The translations under genes were made by a program, and so were the position numbers. DNA of 64,000 nt from Nitrospira sp. (GTDB taxonomy: Bacteria > Nitrospirota > Nitrospiria > Nitrospirales > UBA8639). Within the stretch, counting starts at the first letter, position 1. The number at the start of each line of letters is the position of its first letter. Shown here piece by piece: positions 11,407 through 21,172 of this stretch. The stretch lies in assembly GCA_011523385.1 (NCBI GenBank), contig WTGX01000006.1, positions 4,121 through 68,120 on the forward strand, written 5' to 3'. Under the pieces are notes generated by a model. That model worked only from the letters and a program-made list of their open reading frames with translations, had not been told where the DNA came from and did no database searches.

Positions 11407-11496
11407 GGCCCTCGCTCCCCCAACCTTGCCTCGCCCTGAACGGATAACAACCCCGGCACCGCCTTTTCCCTAAACCTGGAACCCAGCCATACCGCG

Positions 11497-11931
11497 TTAC
11501 TCCAGTGGATTTCGGACGTCCAAAAAATCAAATTTCCTGAAATCCCTATCCGCGGTGTACAGTTTGAGAACGTCATGTTGTCGCAGAAGAGCAGCCAAAT
11601 GGGCATCCGGGACCAAGTTTCCACGTACGGGAAAGTCTCGTGTGACTTCTCGATAGATTTCAAAAAATCCATCCGCTTCGGACAATGGTCTCACGTGGGG
11701 TAACTGTAACAGGGCCTGGATATTTCCAAGGGCTTCCTGTGGAGGCAAAGGGTGAGAAAAGACCCGAGGGTGAGTCGCCACCCGGAGATAAGCCATCAAC
11801 GTCGGCCAAGCCACGTACCACGGCTCAGAATTGATGGTACAGCTTTGAAGAAACTGCAGGGCTAATGAATGATGAGAACTGGTCCGATCCGATGCATACA
11901 AAAAAATATTCGCATCGACCGAATAGCTCAC
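11497..11931 (-). CDS. vapC: PIN-domain toxin VapC
   Basis: Starts MSYSVDANIFLYA, with acidic PIN residues. It overlaps the upstream antitoxin gene by 4 nt. Confidence 0.8.
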   Translation of the reverse strand: MSYSVDANIFLYASDRTSSHHSLALQFLQSCTINSEPWYVAWPTLMAYLRVATHPRVFSHPLPPQEALGNIQALLQLPHVRPLSEADGFFEIYREVTRDFPVRGNLVPDAHLAALLRQHDVLKLYTADRDFRKFDFLDVRNPLE

Positions 11932-12167
11932 TTCACGTTCTCATCAAGTACGGCATAAAGGGCCTCTTTGTCGGAAAGATCAATGCGGGCTTTCATAGAA
12001 CGAGACACCCAATGCAGTTTGGATATTCGCGGGGTCTTTTTTCTTTGAAAGAGAGCTTCGGCCAACAGTTGAGACATAATTTGCCCCAATGATCGCTTTT
12101 CTCTCTTTTGAAGAGTTTTCAGTTCCTTCAAGAGAGGCCCATCAATATCAACGGTCGTTCTCGGCAT
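11928..12167 (-). CDS. vapB: type II antitoxin (VapB-like)
   Basis: The 79-aa ORF starts MPRTTVDIDGPLLKELK, a typical antitoxin N-terminus, and is translationally coupled to vapC. Confidence 0.7.
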   Translation of the reverse strand: MPRTTVDIDGPLLKELKTLQKREKRSLGQIMSQLLAEALFQRKKTPRISKLHWVSRSMKARIDLSDKEALYAVLDENVK

Positions 12168-12264
12168 GATGTCATGATGATAAGATGAATCGCATCTGAT
12201 GTCAATGCCGTTTTGATAAGGATTGCCTTATCTTCCTTCATCGCCGTAGAATCGCCGTCGTTCG

Positions 12265-13521
12265 TCAGTTCCGACCAGAATGGTTTTTCGACTTCAACGA
12301 GTTCAAAAATTTGAACACCCATTTGGTTTTTCGGATTTTCTCGACAAAATCGCGGCACTCCGCCAATGTATAGGCGTTCCTTTCGCTGGCATGGGCGACT
12401 CGATTGCGGTCGTTACGTACAACATTGAGTTTTGCAAACGTATCGCGGGAAGTAAGAAACTCGCTATTGCGCCTCGTGGCTAATATGTAGCTTAGACCAA
12501 CGTTGGATCCCGCTTTTTCAAGCACTGTGATAATTTGCCCTAAACCACATATCTGGTTACGACGTGGGGCATCGTCACCAAGCAATTTTTCGATGTAAGC
12601 CCGCTTGGGCCGAAATACCTGATAATGAAATTCCGACTCTATCGACAGCGCCCAGCGTAGAGGAACTGACCGAGGATTGATTTTTATCCAATGCTTATCA
12701 CTCCACAATTCCGCCCCTACGACAAACTCCTTGGTTCTATTGTGGAGATCATCAAATAATGAGCCGCATTCATGTCTCAGTCTGTTCTGCGTAGCGTCCA
12801 AGTCTGCTTGGTATCGTGGATTCACAGCAGCGCGACTTAGTTCGTCCCTCCAGGAGATGGCTTCCGCAGATCCCACTGGAGACACATAGCCATCATCGGC
12901 ATAATCTTCAATAAGTTCGCAAAAATGTCTCGCTCGCTCAGGTTGTTTTAGGCGATAGTAGTAGAGAGAAACGAGACTGCCCAGCCAGATTTCGAGCAAA
13001 CTTCTCTCGCTCGAATCAAGCCTCTGATCGAAATGGTCACGCCCAAGCTCTCCGCGACGAACAAGAGTATATAAATGTTCATAGACAGCAATGGCATGAG
13101 CGTACATCTCACATTCCTCATACCAGCCGGCCACGCCCTCGCTCAGAATTAATTCGTCGAATGCAATGTCAGCTTCTTTCAGGAACATCGTCCATGCTGT
13201 TTTCAACTTACCTGCATCGTCAGCCTCAAGCGTCGAGTGCGTGAAGGAAAGGCGCTTAATGAGATGATCGTAGTCATTGCCAAACGGGATCTCGCAGAAA
13301 AGATCGAATCCTTTGCCTATGAGGTTTAGAAGTTCTTCGTCGGTTGGTGCCTCTGGACCGGATTGCGGTCTCGATTCAACGTCGCGACATTGCCTTTCCC
13401 ATTCGTCTTTCTTACGTCGTTCTTCACGCTCTTCACGCTTTCTTTCAGGATCGTTTATGAATTTCTCCCATAAGTTCCGCAATTCATCTGCATCTGCACT
13501 AAAAATATCCCCAGCTTTCAT
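12265..13521 (-). CDS. large hypothetical protein with a C-terminal HEPN-like domain (RNRVAH motif)
   Basis: Taken from ORF 12265..13599, started at the ATG at 13521, which is preceded by AGGAGG at a 5-nt spacing. The N-terminus is charged (KREEREERRKKDE), the middle is helical, and the C-terminus reads ..SIESEFHYQVF..LGQIITVLEK..LNVVRNDRNRVAHA, which fits an Rx4H HEPN motif. The region looks AT-richer than its flanks by eye. Confidence 0.55.
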   Translation of the reverse strand: MKAGDIFSADADELRNLWEKFINDPERKREEREERRKKDEWERQCRDVESRPQSGPEAPTDEELLNLIGKGFDLFCEIPFGNDYDHLIKRLSFTHSTLEADDAGKLKTAWTMFLKEADIAFDELILSEGVAGWYEECEMYAHAIAVYEHLYTLVRRGELGRDHFDQRLDSSERSLLEIWLGSLVSLYYYRLKQPERARHFCELIEDYADDGYVSPVGSAEAISWRDELSRAAVNPRYQADLDATQNRLRHECGSLFDDLHNRTKEFVVGAELWSDKHWIKINPRSVPLRWALSIESEFHYQVFRPKRAYIEKLLGDDAPRRNQICGLGQIITVLEKAGSNVGLSYILATRRNSEFLTSRDTFAKLNVVRNDRNRVAHASERNAYTLAECRDFVEKIRKTKWVFKFLNSLKSKNHSGRN

Positions 13522-13712
13522 AAATCCTCCTGAACGAAATACGTCGTCACATAATTCTTCTTTCCATATTGCTGTGGTTGGCCTAAATGAGAAAAACAAA
13601 TTTCAGCGGAGCCGGGCCGACACCTAGTAAGTTGATCGAAGAATCAGACTCGCGATTTCGGGAACCCGCATGCCTTACTCTTTAAAAACCTGTGCAGCGA
13701 GTGGGAAAGTGC

Positions 13713-13967
13713 TTAGAGAGAGCGCCTTTTGAGGCGCTTTTCATATTGGGCGGCGTACAGGTCGATAAGCCTGCGGATCATCGCCTGATACGAAGTCCGG
13801 CGCTTTCCGGCTTCTTTCTTAAAGAAATCCACACTCGATTTGCTCAAAGAGATCGTGACCTTGACTTGGTCCTGGCGAAGCACCAACTCTTCCGGAGGTG
13901 GAAGAAAATCTTCAATTACGCTCAATCGGCCAAGAGGCTCATCCGTATATTTGATTGTGTTCTTCAT
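13713..13967 (-). CDS. BrnA/CopG-type antitoxin-like protein (orphan)
   Basis: Contains MKNTIKYTDEP..IEDFLPPPEELVL..VKVTISL..SVDFFKKEA...YQAMIRRLIDLYA, the pattern I associate with BrnA-type antitoxins. No BrnT (DUF497) ORF fits in the 80 nt upstream. Confidence 0.6.
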   Translation of the reverse strand: MKNTIKYTDEPLGRLSVIEDFLPPPEELVLRQDQVKVTISLSKSSVDFFKKEAGKRRTSYQAMIRRLIDLYAAQYEKRLKRRSL

Positions 13968-14047
13968 AAATCCTTTTGCCCCTCCTCCAGTATCCTGCAC
14001 CGATGATTCGAGCTAAATCCTTTCGGTTGTAGCCTAGTCTTCTCTTG

Positions 14048-15070
14048 TTATTGAATCAACATGGCATCGCCGTAGCTGTAGAACCGGTACCGTGCGTTGA
14101 TGGCTTCCGCGTAGGCCGCGCGCAGTTGGTCGAGACCGCCGAAGGCGGAGACGAGCATGAGCAACGTGGTGCGCGGCAAGTGAAAATTGGTCAGCAGGGC
14201 ATCAACCATGGTGAAGCGAAACCCGGGCGTGATGAACAGGCGGGTCTCACTCGCTCCGGCTTGGATGTGTCCAGCTTGATCGACCGCCGATTCGAGCGTG
14301 CGCACCGACGTGGTTCCGACTGCCACGACTCGCCTCCCTTCAGCCTTTGCCACATTGAGGCGCTGCGCCGTCTCCTCGGAAATATCAAACCATTCGGCAG
14401 CCATGTGATGATCTTCGATCCGGTCAACGGTGACGGGACGAAACGTCCCGGGGCCCACGTGTAGCGTGACGGTTGCAAGTTGAATGCCCTTTTGCTCAAG
14501 GGCCGCGAATAATTGTTCCGTAAAATGCAGCCCAGCAGTCGGTGCGGCAACGGCCCCTTCCGAGCGCGCGAAGACCGTTTGGTAGGCTTCTTTATCACGC
14601 TCATCCGCCGGGCGTTTGATATAGGGCGGGAGCGGGACTTCGCCTATCCGGTCGAGTAGTTCCGTGACGGACCCTCGGGTATTGATCCGAAGAACCGTGC
14701 GTTCCTGACTCCGTTCCAGAACTTCGGCGGTCGCCTCATCCTGAAATTGCAGGACCTGACCAACGTCGACGTGGCCTTTCAGCAAGACTTCCCAACTCTT
14801 TTCCTCCAAGGGCCGTACCAACAATGCCTCGATTTTGCCGCCGGTGGACCGTTTGGTGCCGTGAAGCCTGGCGGGTATCACCTTCGTGTCGTTCAACACC
14901 ACCACGTCATCGGACCGCAACAGATTCGGCAGATCTTTCATCCAGGCATGTTGAAACGCGGGCTCCCCCTTACGCGGCACAACCAACAGACGCGCGTGAT
15001 CTCTCGGAGAAACCGGATAGTCGGCAATCAGCGATTCGTCAAAAGGAAAGTCGAACTCGGAGAGTCGCAA
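14048..15070 (-). CDS. queA: S-adenosylmethionine:tRNA ribosyltransferase-isomerase QueA
   Basis: The 340-aa ORF starts MRLSEFDFPFDESLIA, contains GEVPLPPYI and ends FYSYGDAMLI. Confidence 0.95.
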   Translation of the reverse strand: MRLSEFDFPFDESLIADYPVSPRDHARLLVVPRKGEPAFQHAWMKDLPNLLRSDDVVVLNDTKVIPARLHGTKRSTGGKIEALLVRPLEEKSWEVLLKGHVDVGQVLQFQDEATAEVLERSQERTVLRINTRGSVTELLDRIGEVPLPPYIKRPADERDKEAYQTVFARSEGAVAAPTAGLHFTEQLFAALEQKGIQLATVTLHVGPGTFRPVTVDRIEDHHMAAEWFDISEETAQRLNVAKAEGRRVVAVGTTSVRTLESAVDQAGHIQAGASETRLFITPGFRFTMVDALLTNFHLPRTTLLMLVSAFGGLDQLRAAYAEAINARYRFYSYGDAMLIQ

Positions 15071-15141
15071 GGCGGATACCCACTTCGAAAAAATTGAGGC
15101 TAGACTATCAAGAACGGTGAGTAACTGTGGGAATCAGTTAT

Positions 15142-15283
15142 GGAACCTCTGATTTATTGTGATAGCGGGATGCAGGGCAAGGCGTCCCGGAGCGAAACCC
15201 GAGGCTTATCATAGGGATAGGTGAGGGTTGAGCGAGGACACAACGCAGCCATGCGCCCGATAGTGCATTAAATCAGAGGTTCC
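15142..15283. mobile_element. MITE-like element, copy 1 (142 bp)
   Basis: It has perfect 15-bp terminal inverted repeats GGAACCTCTGATTTA...TAAATCAGAGGTTCC and TTAT on both flanks. A second copy lies in opposite orientation at 54075..54299. This copy abuts the stop codon of the SpoIID-like gene. Confidence 0.7.
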
Positions 15284-16471
15284 TTATGAAGACGGCAGGA
15301 TCATGACCACCTGATCGCGCGGCAGGATTTCCGTCCCCGGATAGTAATGGCGCAGGATGGATTGATAGGGGTACCCCAACTCGGCCATTTCCTTGGCGCC
15401 CCATTGACAGAGGCCGACCCCGTGTCCTGCCCCTTTTCCCGCAAACACCACGTGCCTGTCAATGCGTTCAATGGAAAATCGGGTACTGCGGACTTTGGCA
15501 TACCCGAGGATCCTCCGAAATTCCTGTCCCGTGATAACGAGTTCTCCCCGGGAATGCAGAATCCTAATATCCTTGACCCGACCGGCGGTGGTCATGCCAT
15601 AGGGCGTAAGCGTCGCGAGCCAGCCAATGGGATACCCTTCTTCCTTGAGCCGGGCTTCGACCGTGTCAAACGGAATGGTCGCTCGCCACTCGTACCAGGG
15701 CGACTTCCGATCAAACGGACAAGCCACCCCTTTGAGATAGGGCAAGTCTTTGGCCCACACGTTCACAGCGTCTTCCGTAGGCCCGGCGGTCGTGGATGAA
15801 TACACTGCGAAAATAGGACGGCCTTCATAGGTCAGGACTTGGCCGCGCGTCCGGTTTACGGCATCGAGCACGGCGCGATTAACCTTTTGACGGCCCGTAT
15901 AGACCTGATCCTGCACGCTCGCATAGACGTCGAACGGTTGAGCTGCGCTCTCGAGTTTCTTGTATAACACGTAGGTCCGCGCCGCCACGGCCTGCGTTCG
16001 CAAGAGTTCTTCGTGCCAACCGGGATTGACTTCCGAACTCACGACGCCCGCCACGTACTCTTCGAGATCAACCACGTTCACGATCAGCAGGTGTTCGTCC
16101 CGGGCCGTTATTTCGAGATCCCCGTACACCGCCCAATGTTGGCTCACCGCATCGGGGGACGATCCTTGAATGGTGACTTGCAGTTTATTGTGTGTCCCGT
16201 GAATTGCGAGACCGTTGCCTCGGACGATGTTTCCATCAACCTGCAACTCATGCCCCTTGAGAACAACCGTTGCCTCGGACAACACGTCGATGTGGTCTCC
16301 CGAAGACGTTTCAAGACGCAAATCTCCGGCGGCGGCGACCGTGACGCGGCCGGCCTGTTTGGCCAAGGCAACCCGGACATGATCCGCTGCGTGAACCCAG
16401 GGCAACGATCCCGACCCCGCCCCGATGATCAGCAGGAGCATCCAAACCTGAGAGAAGGCGGACTTGGTCAT
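15284..16471 (-). CDS. SpoIID/LytB-domain protein
   Basis: It has a signal peptide and SpoIID-type motifs (AVAARTY, VYSSTTAGPTED, PYLKGVACPFD, GHGVGLCQWGA). Confidence 0.85.
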   Translation of the reverse strand: MTKSAFSQVWMLLLIIGAGSGSLPWVHAADHVRVALAKQAGRVTVAAAGDLRLETSSGDHIDVLSEATVVLKGHELQVDGNIVRGNGLAIHGTHNKLQVTIQGSSPDAVSQHWAVYGDLEITARDEHLLIVNVVDLEEYVAGVVSSEVNPGWHEELLRTQAVAARTYVLYKKLESAAQPFDVYASVQDQVYTGRQKVNRAVLDAVNRTRGQVLTYEGRPIFAVYSSTTAGPTEDAVNVWAKDLPYLKGVACPFDRKSPWYEWRATIPFDTVEARLKEEGYPIGWLATLTPYGMTTAGRVKDIRILHSRGELVITGQEFRRILGYAKVRSTRFSIERIDRHVVFAGKGAGHGVGLCQWGAKEMAELGYPYQSILRHYYPGTEILPRDQVVMILPSS

Positions 16472-16707
16472 CGTTTCAGGAAGAAGTAGAGAAGAAGACT
16501 GCCCACCACGCTGATGACGATACTGGTCCCTAGTGGGAAGTAAAAGGTGAAGTTGTCTCGCTTGATGAAAATATCGCCCGGCAGCTTTCCCAGCCAGCCG
16601 AGCCCGGTCCCCTCACCCGGCCACTTGCCGAGCAACGAGACCACGATGCCGAGGACGACGATGCCCAAGCCCAGAATGATGAGCGTCTTCCCGATGAACT
16701 CCGGCAT
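16468..16707 (-). CDS. DUF2905-family small membrane protein
   Basis: The 79-aa ORF has two TM segments and the LPGDIFIKRDNFTFYFPL motif. Confidence 0.7.
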   Translation of the reverse strand: MPEFIGKTLIILGLGIVVLGIVVSLLGKWPGEGTGLGWLGKLPGDIFIKRDNFTFYFPLGTSIVISVVGSLLLYFFLKR

Positions 16708-16710
16708 GGC

Positions 16711-17721
16711 TCACCTTGTCAATGCCTCGGCAATCTGGACGGCGTTGAGCGCAGCCCCTTTGCGCAGGTTATCCGCTACCACCCACAAATTGAGCCCATT
16801 GGGAATGGAGTCATCCTCACGAATCCGTCCCACGAACACCGCATCAGTTCCCGCGACGTGGATCTGCAGGGGATACAACTTCCGCGAGGGATCGTCATAC
16901 AGTTGCACGCCCGGCGCGGTCGAGAGGATGGCCCGGGTTTCCTCCACCGACAACTTCTGTTTCGTTTCGACGTTGACGGATTCCGCATGGCCGACGAACA
17001 CGGGCACACGCACCGTCGTCGCGGATATCCCGATCGAATGGTCACCAAGTATCTTCCGGGTTTCGTTGACCATCTTCATCTCTTCGCCGGTATACCCCGA
17101 CGACAGAAAATCGTCGATGTGCGGCAAACAGTTGAACGCGATCTGATGCGGATACACCGTGGACGTCACGTCGCCGAAGCTCAACAACTGCCGGCACTGT
17201 TCCGCCAATTCGTCCATGGCCTCTTTCCCGGTACCGGACACCGATTGATAGGTTGAGACGACGACGCGGGTAATCGTGGCCTGATCATGTAACGGCTTGA
17301 GCACCACCACCATTTGAATGGTGGAACAATTCGGGTTGGCCACAATACCCTGGTGGGCTTCCAGATCGTGCGCGTTCACTTCAGGGACGACCAGCGGAAC
17401 CTGTGGGTCCATACGCCAGGCCGAACTGTTGTCGATCACCACCGCCCCGGCCTTGACGGCAACCGGCGCGTACTCCTTACTCACGGAGGCACCGGCGGAG
17501 AACAACGCGATATCGATCCCCTGAAACGATTCCCGTGTGAGCAATTTCACCTTGACGTCGTCGCCGCGAAACGACACGGTTCCGCCCGCGGACTTGGACG
17601 ATGCCAATGGGCGCACCTCGTCCACGGGAAACTTGCGTTCTTCCAAAACCGAAAGCATTTCCGTGCCCACGGCACCGGTGGCGCCGACCACGGCAACGGT
17701 ATAAGCCGATTTCTTCTTCAT
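16711..17721 (-). CDS. asd: aspartate-semialdehyde dehydrogenase
   Basis: Contains VAVVGATGAVG and NPNCSTIQ (active-site Cys). The start is set at MKKKSAYTV. Confidence 0.95.
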   Translation of the reverse strand: MKKKSAYTVAVVGATGAVGTEMLSVLEERKFPVDEVRPLASSKSAGGTVSFRGDDVKVKLLTRESFQGIDIALFSAGASVSKEYAPVAVKAGAVVIDNSSAWRMDPQVPLVVPEVNAHDLEAHQGIVANPNCSTIQMVVVLKPLHDQATITRVVVSTYQSVSGTGKEAMDELAEQCRQLLSFGDVTSTVYPHQIAFNCLPHIDDFLSSGYTGEEMKMVNETRKILGDHSIGISATTVRVPVFVGHAESVNVETKQKLSVEETRAILSTAPGVQLYDDPSRKLYPLQIHVAGTDAVFVGRIREDDSIPNGLNLWVVADNLRKGAALNAVQIAEALTR

Positions 17722-17740
17722 CGTACGCGAAGCGGTTGTC

Positions 17741-18955
17741 TCACGGATTTCCATTCACGACGACGCGGATACGATGACTGAAAGTATCCGCGATGTATAC
17801 GTGTCCTCGGGAGTCCAAGGCGACTCCGAACGGATAGTTTAGACTGCTCTGCAAGGGATCCTTCCCATCGCCGGAAAATTCCGCCTTCCCGTTCCCGGCC
17901 AAGAGCGACATTTCCTGTTTCTGCACGTTCCACACCCGAATCAAGTGGTTGTCGCTGTCCGTAATGAACAGGCGGCCGTCAGGATGAAGGGCAATGGCAT
18001 ACGGCCGGGACAAGCTGGGGGAGGATTCATTTTCACCCGGCGTGAATTGAAACTCGCCGGTTCCTCCCACCACCGTCCCGACCGTTCCGGCCTGTCGATC
18101 CCACTTCCGAATGCGACTATTAAACGTATCGGCAATGTACAGGTCTCCGTCCTGATCCACGGCAAGTCCGCTGGGACCGGCCAACGCGGTTTCAGGGCCG
18201 GCGGCCCCATCGCCGTTGTATCCAGACTCCCCGGTCCCGGCGATTGTCGTCATCACGCCGGAAGGCACATCGAGTTTTCGGATCCGGTTGTTGCTTTGAT
18301 CCCCGATGTACAAACAATCCGGTCCGTCCAGGACCAGGGCCACAGGTTCATTCAGAGCCGCTTTTACGGCAGGGCCATTGTCGCCGTAATATTTCGCCTG
18401 GCCCGTTCCTGCGATGGTGGAGATGAACCCGGTGGCGGGATCAATCCGGCGAATCCGGTGATTCCAGGTATCGGCAATGTACACGGTGCCATCTTCGGCC
18501 ACGGCCACGGCCGAGGGAAAATTGAGCGCGGCCCCGGTTGCCGGTCCACCATCACCTGCAAACCGCTGATCCTTTGATTGGGGTCCGGTCATGTAGCGGA
18601 CCATGCCACTCAAATCGGGTTTTTGCGCGTAGACGTCACCCGGCTTGCTCACCGGATCCGCCAATGGATCTTCATCGTCTTCCGGGTGCTCCGGCACAGG
18701 CTCGACAGACAGCGACGCATGGGCATCAGGCTCGAAGGTTCCGGCTATCGTCGTGATGAACCCGGTTTGCGCATCAACCTTACGCACCAGGTGATTCTCC
18801 GAATCGGCGATATAGAGATTGCCGGCGGCGTCAAGAGCCACCGTTTTCGGTTCGTTCAACGTGGCCGCCGTGGCCGGACCGGCATCTCCGCTGCAACCGG
18901 GCTCCCCGCTTCCGGCGATGGTCCCGATCGTGCCGGCTTGAATGGTGTCCAACAT
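17741..18955 (-). CDS. NHL-repeat beta-propeller protein
   Basis: Contains repeated ..YIADxxNHRIR.. blades, six by eye. The start is set at MLDTIQAG to avoid overlapping leuB. Confidence 0.8.
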   Translation of the reverse strand: MLDTIQAGTIGTIAGSGEPGCSGDAGPATAATLNEPKTVALDAAGNLYIADSENHLVRKVDAQTGFITTIAGTFEPDAHASLSVEPVPEHPEDDEDPLADPVSKPGDVYAQKPDLSGMVRYMTGPQSKDQRFAGDGGPATGAALNFPSAVAVAEDGTVYIADTWNHRIRRIDPATGFISTIAGTGQAKYYGDNGPAVKAALNEPVALVLDGPDCLYIGDQSNNRIRKLDVPSGVMTTIAGTGESGYNGDGAAGPETALAGPSGLAVDQDGDLYIADTFNSRIRKWDRQAGTVGTVVGGTGEFQFTPGENESSPSLSRPYAIALHPDGRLFITDSDNHLIRVWNVQKQEMSLLAGNGKAEFSGDGKDPLQSSLNYPFGVALDSRGHVYIADTFSHRIRVVVNGNP

Positions 18956-18978
18956 GCTTCTCCTGCCTCTCCTTGTAC

Positions 18979-20049
18979 CTAACCGATGCTTTGAAGAATA
19001 CGGTCGCTCATCTCTTTGGTGCCCACGAGGGTGGTTCCAGGTGCCGCGATGTCTCCGGTTCGGCACCCCTGGCCCAACACGGCCTGAATCGCGTTCTCGA
19101 TAAGGTCCGCTTCCTCGCCCATACCGAACGAATACCGGAGCATCATCGCGCCGGAGGCGATCATGCCGATAGGGTTGGCTGCATCCTTGCCCGCAATATC
19201 CGGAGCGCTCCCGTGAATGGGTTCATACATGCCGACGGACGCGCCGACGCTGGCCGACGGCAACATCCCGATCGACCCGGTCAACATGGCGGCTTCGTCA
19301 CTCAAAATGTCACCGAACAGATTCGTCGTCAGGAGCACGTCAAACTGTTTCGGGTTCCAGATCAACTGCATCGCGCAATTATCCACGTACATGTGTCGCA
19401 GTTCCACGTCCTGATAGTCCTTGTGGACCTCGATGACGATCTTCCGCCACAACTCCGAGGATTCCAGTACGTTTGCCTTGTCCACGGAAGTGACGACCCC
19501 CCGGCGTTTGCGTGCCACGTCGAAGGCGACCTTGGCGATCCGCGTAATTTCTTCCGTTGTATAGACTTCGGTGTTAAATCCGCGATGGCCGGTCGGCGTC
19601 GCCTCCACGCCTTTGGGCTTCCCGAAATAAATGCCGCCCGTCAGTTCACGCACCACCAGCACGTCAATGCCCTCAATGACCTCGCGCTTGAGCGTCGAGG
19701 CATCGGCCAATTCCGAATACAGCTTGGCTGGCCGAAGATTCGCAAACAGCCCGAGTTGTTCCCTCAGACCCAGCAACGCCCGTTCCGGCCGCCGCTCATA
19801 ATCGAGGCCTTCCCATTTCGGTCCTCCCACCGCCCCCAACAGGACCGCGTCACTGGTTTTGGCCAACTGAAGCGTGTCGTCCGGGAGCGGCCATCCCGTG
19901 TTGTCAATGGCCTGACCGCCGACCGCGGCGTGAACAAACTCAAACGCATGGCCGCCGCGTTTTCCGACCGCTTCCAACACCGCCACGGCCGCCGGCACGA
20001 TTTCGGGGCCGATTCCGTCCCCCGCCAAAACTGCGATCTTCTTCATCAT
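18979..20049 (-). CDS. leuB: 3-isopropylmalate dehydrogenase
   Basis: Contains [17 protein letters not shown] and [25 protein letters not shown]. The nine upstream codons of the ORF are encoded by a repeat element. Confidence 0.95.
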   Translation of the reverse strand: MMKKIAVLAGDGIGPEIVPAAVAVLEAVGKRGGHAFEFVHAAVGGQAIDNTGWPLPDDTLQLAKTSDAVLLGAVGGPKWEGLDYERRPERALLGLREQLGLFANLRPAKLYSELADASTLKREVIEGIDVLVVRELTGGIYFGKPKGVEATPTGHRGFNTEVYTTEEITRIAKVAFDVARKRRGVVTSVDKANVLESSELWRKIVIEVHKDYQDVELRHMYVDNCAMQLIWNPKQFDVLLTTNLFGDILSDEAAMLTGSIGMLPSASVGASVGMYEPIHGSAPDIAGKDAANPIGMIASGAMMLRYSFGMGEEADLIENAIQAVLGQGCRTGDIAAPGTTLVGTKEMSDRILQSIG

Positions 20050-20112
20050 AGCTTCTTCTTCACCCTTACCCATCAAGGGAGAGGGGACTATTTCCCGCCT
20101 CCTTGTGCTTGC

Positions 20113-20550
20113 CTATTCGAGGTGGGCGATTTCGACGTCGCCCCAGTGTTGCTTCAGATACCCCGCGACGAGCCGCCGGTGACAGTGGTGCGGCTTGTCC
20201 TCGCTGCATAGCAGGCAGCCGTCCGCGATGACCTCCTTGGGGACGGTCTCCTCGATGCGGCGTTGTCTCATGAGTTCCAGAAAACTGATCTCATACGTGC
20301 TCCAATCGCCACGCCGTTTCTTGTAGCCGTCCAACATCTCCTGCGTGGGAGCCAGTTCGGGCACATGGATATACTCCATCCCACAGATCTTCTGCAAGAA
20401 CCAAGCGAGGTCGTCCCTCTTCGCAAAGCCCGCAAGCTGGGACACGTTGTTGAGCCGCACGTCCACGACCCGCTTGGCCCCGGACTCACGCAAGAGATCG
20501 AAAAACCGACGTGCCGGTTTCTTCGTGAACCCGATCGTGAAAACCTTCAT
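20113..20550 (-). CDS. DUF488-family protein (145 aa)
   Basis: Contains TIGFTKK..F..LL...G...VVDVR.., then C.E....CHRR, which is the DUF488 pattern. Its ATG overlaps the stop of the upstream paralogue (ATGA). Confidence 0.7.
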   Translation of the reverse strand: MKVFTIGFTKKPARRFFDLLRESGAKRVVDVRLNNVSQLAGFAKRDDLAWFLQKICGMEYIHVPELAPTQEMLDGYKKRRGDWSTYEISFLELMRQRRIEETVPKEVIADGCLLCSEDKPHHCHRRLVAGYLKQHWGDVEIAHLE

Positions 20551-21152
20551 GGTGTTTCTACCTCAACATCCTGCCTCACATAGGAGATTAGTTCTTCCTG
20601 CCTAGCCAAGGCTTCCGCGAGTCTATCTTCCCTGGATAGAAAAAGATCTTCCTGGTTAGGCGCATCAAGCAATCTCTCCAGTGTAGCCTCATGCGGCTCC
20701 AAGCGTCCGTCCGGCAAAATATGCTCAATCGCAACCCCATGTCTGGCCAACACGCAAGCGACTAAAAGAGTACGGTGACACTCCAAAGGTTCCTGTTCCG
20801 CGCACATCAAGGCGACACGGTAATTGCTGGTGCTGCTGATGACGCACTCGATGCCTTCACGGAACAAGTCCGTTCTCGCCAGACGCGCATACTGTATGCG
20901 GCCATTCTCGTAGCACTCACTATCGTTTGATCTCGCGCCAAGCTCGCGCCCGAGAAATATGTACTCGATTCCATTCGTCTTTAGTACTTTTTCGAGTGCC
21001 TCACGATTAAACTGAAGATTGTGCCGACTGTAGGGTGCCGAACGCACGTCGGCCACAGCCGTGACCTCGTGTTTTCGCAGGAGCTTCACAAAAACATCCA
21101 ATGGATGATTGGAGTGTCCTATCGTTAAAACGATGCCCTTTTCGGAGATCAC
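20547..21152 (-). CDS. DUF488-family protein (201 aa, with a C-terminal extension)
   Basis: Contains TIGHSNHPLDVFVKLL..VTAVADVRSAPYS.. and MCAEQEPLECHRTLL, which is the DUF488 pattern. Confidence 0.7.
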   Translation of the reverse strand: MISEKGIVLTIGHSNHPLDVFVKLLRKHEVTAVADVRSAPYSRHNLQFNREALEKVLKTNGIEYIFLGRELGARSNDSECYENGRIQYARLARTDLFREGIECVISSTSNYRVALMCAEQEPLECHRTLLVACVLARHGVAIEHILPDGRLEPHEATLERLLDAPNQEDLFLSREDRLAEALARQEELISYVRQDVEVETP

Positions 21153-21172
21153 AACGCCTCTGCTTTTTCGGG

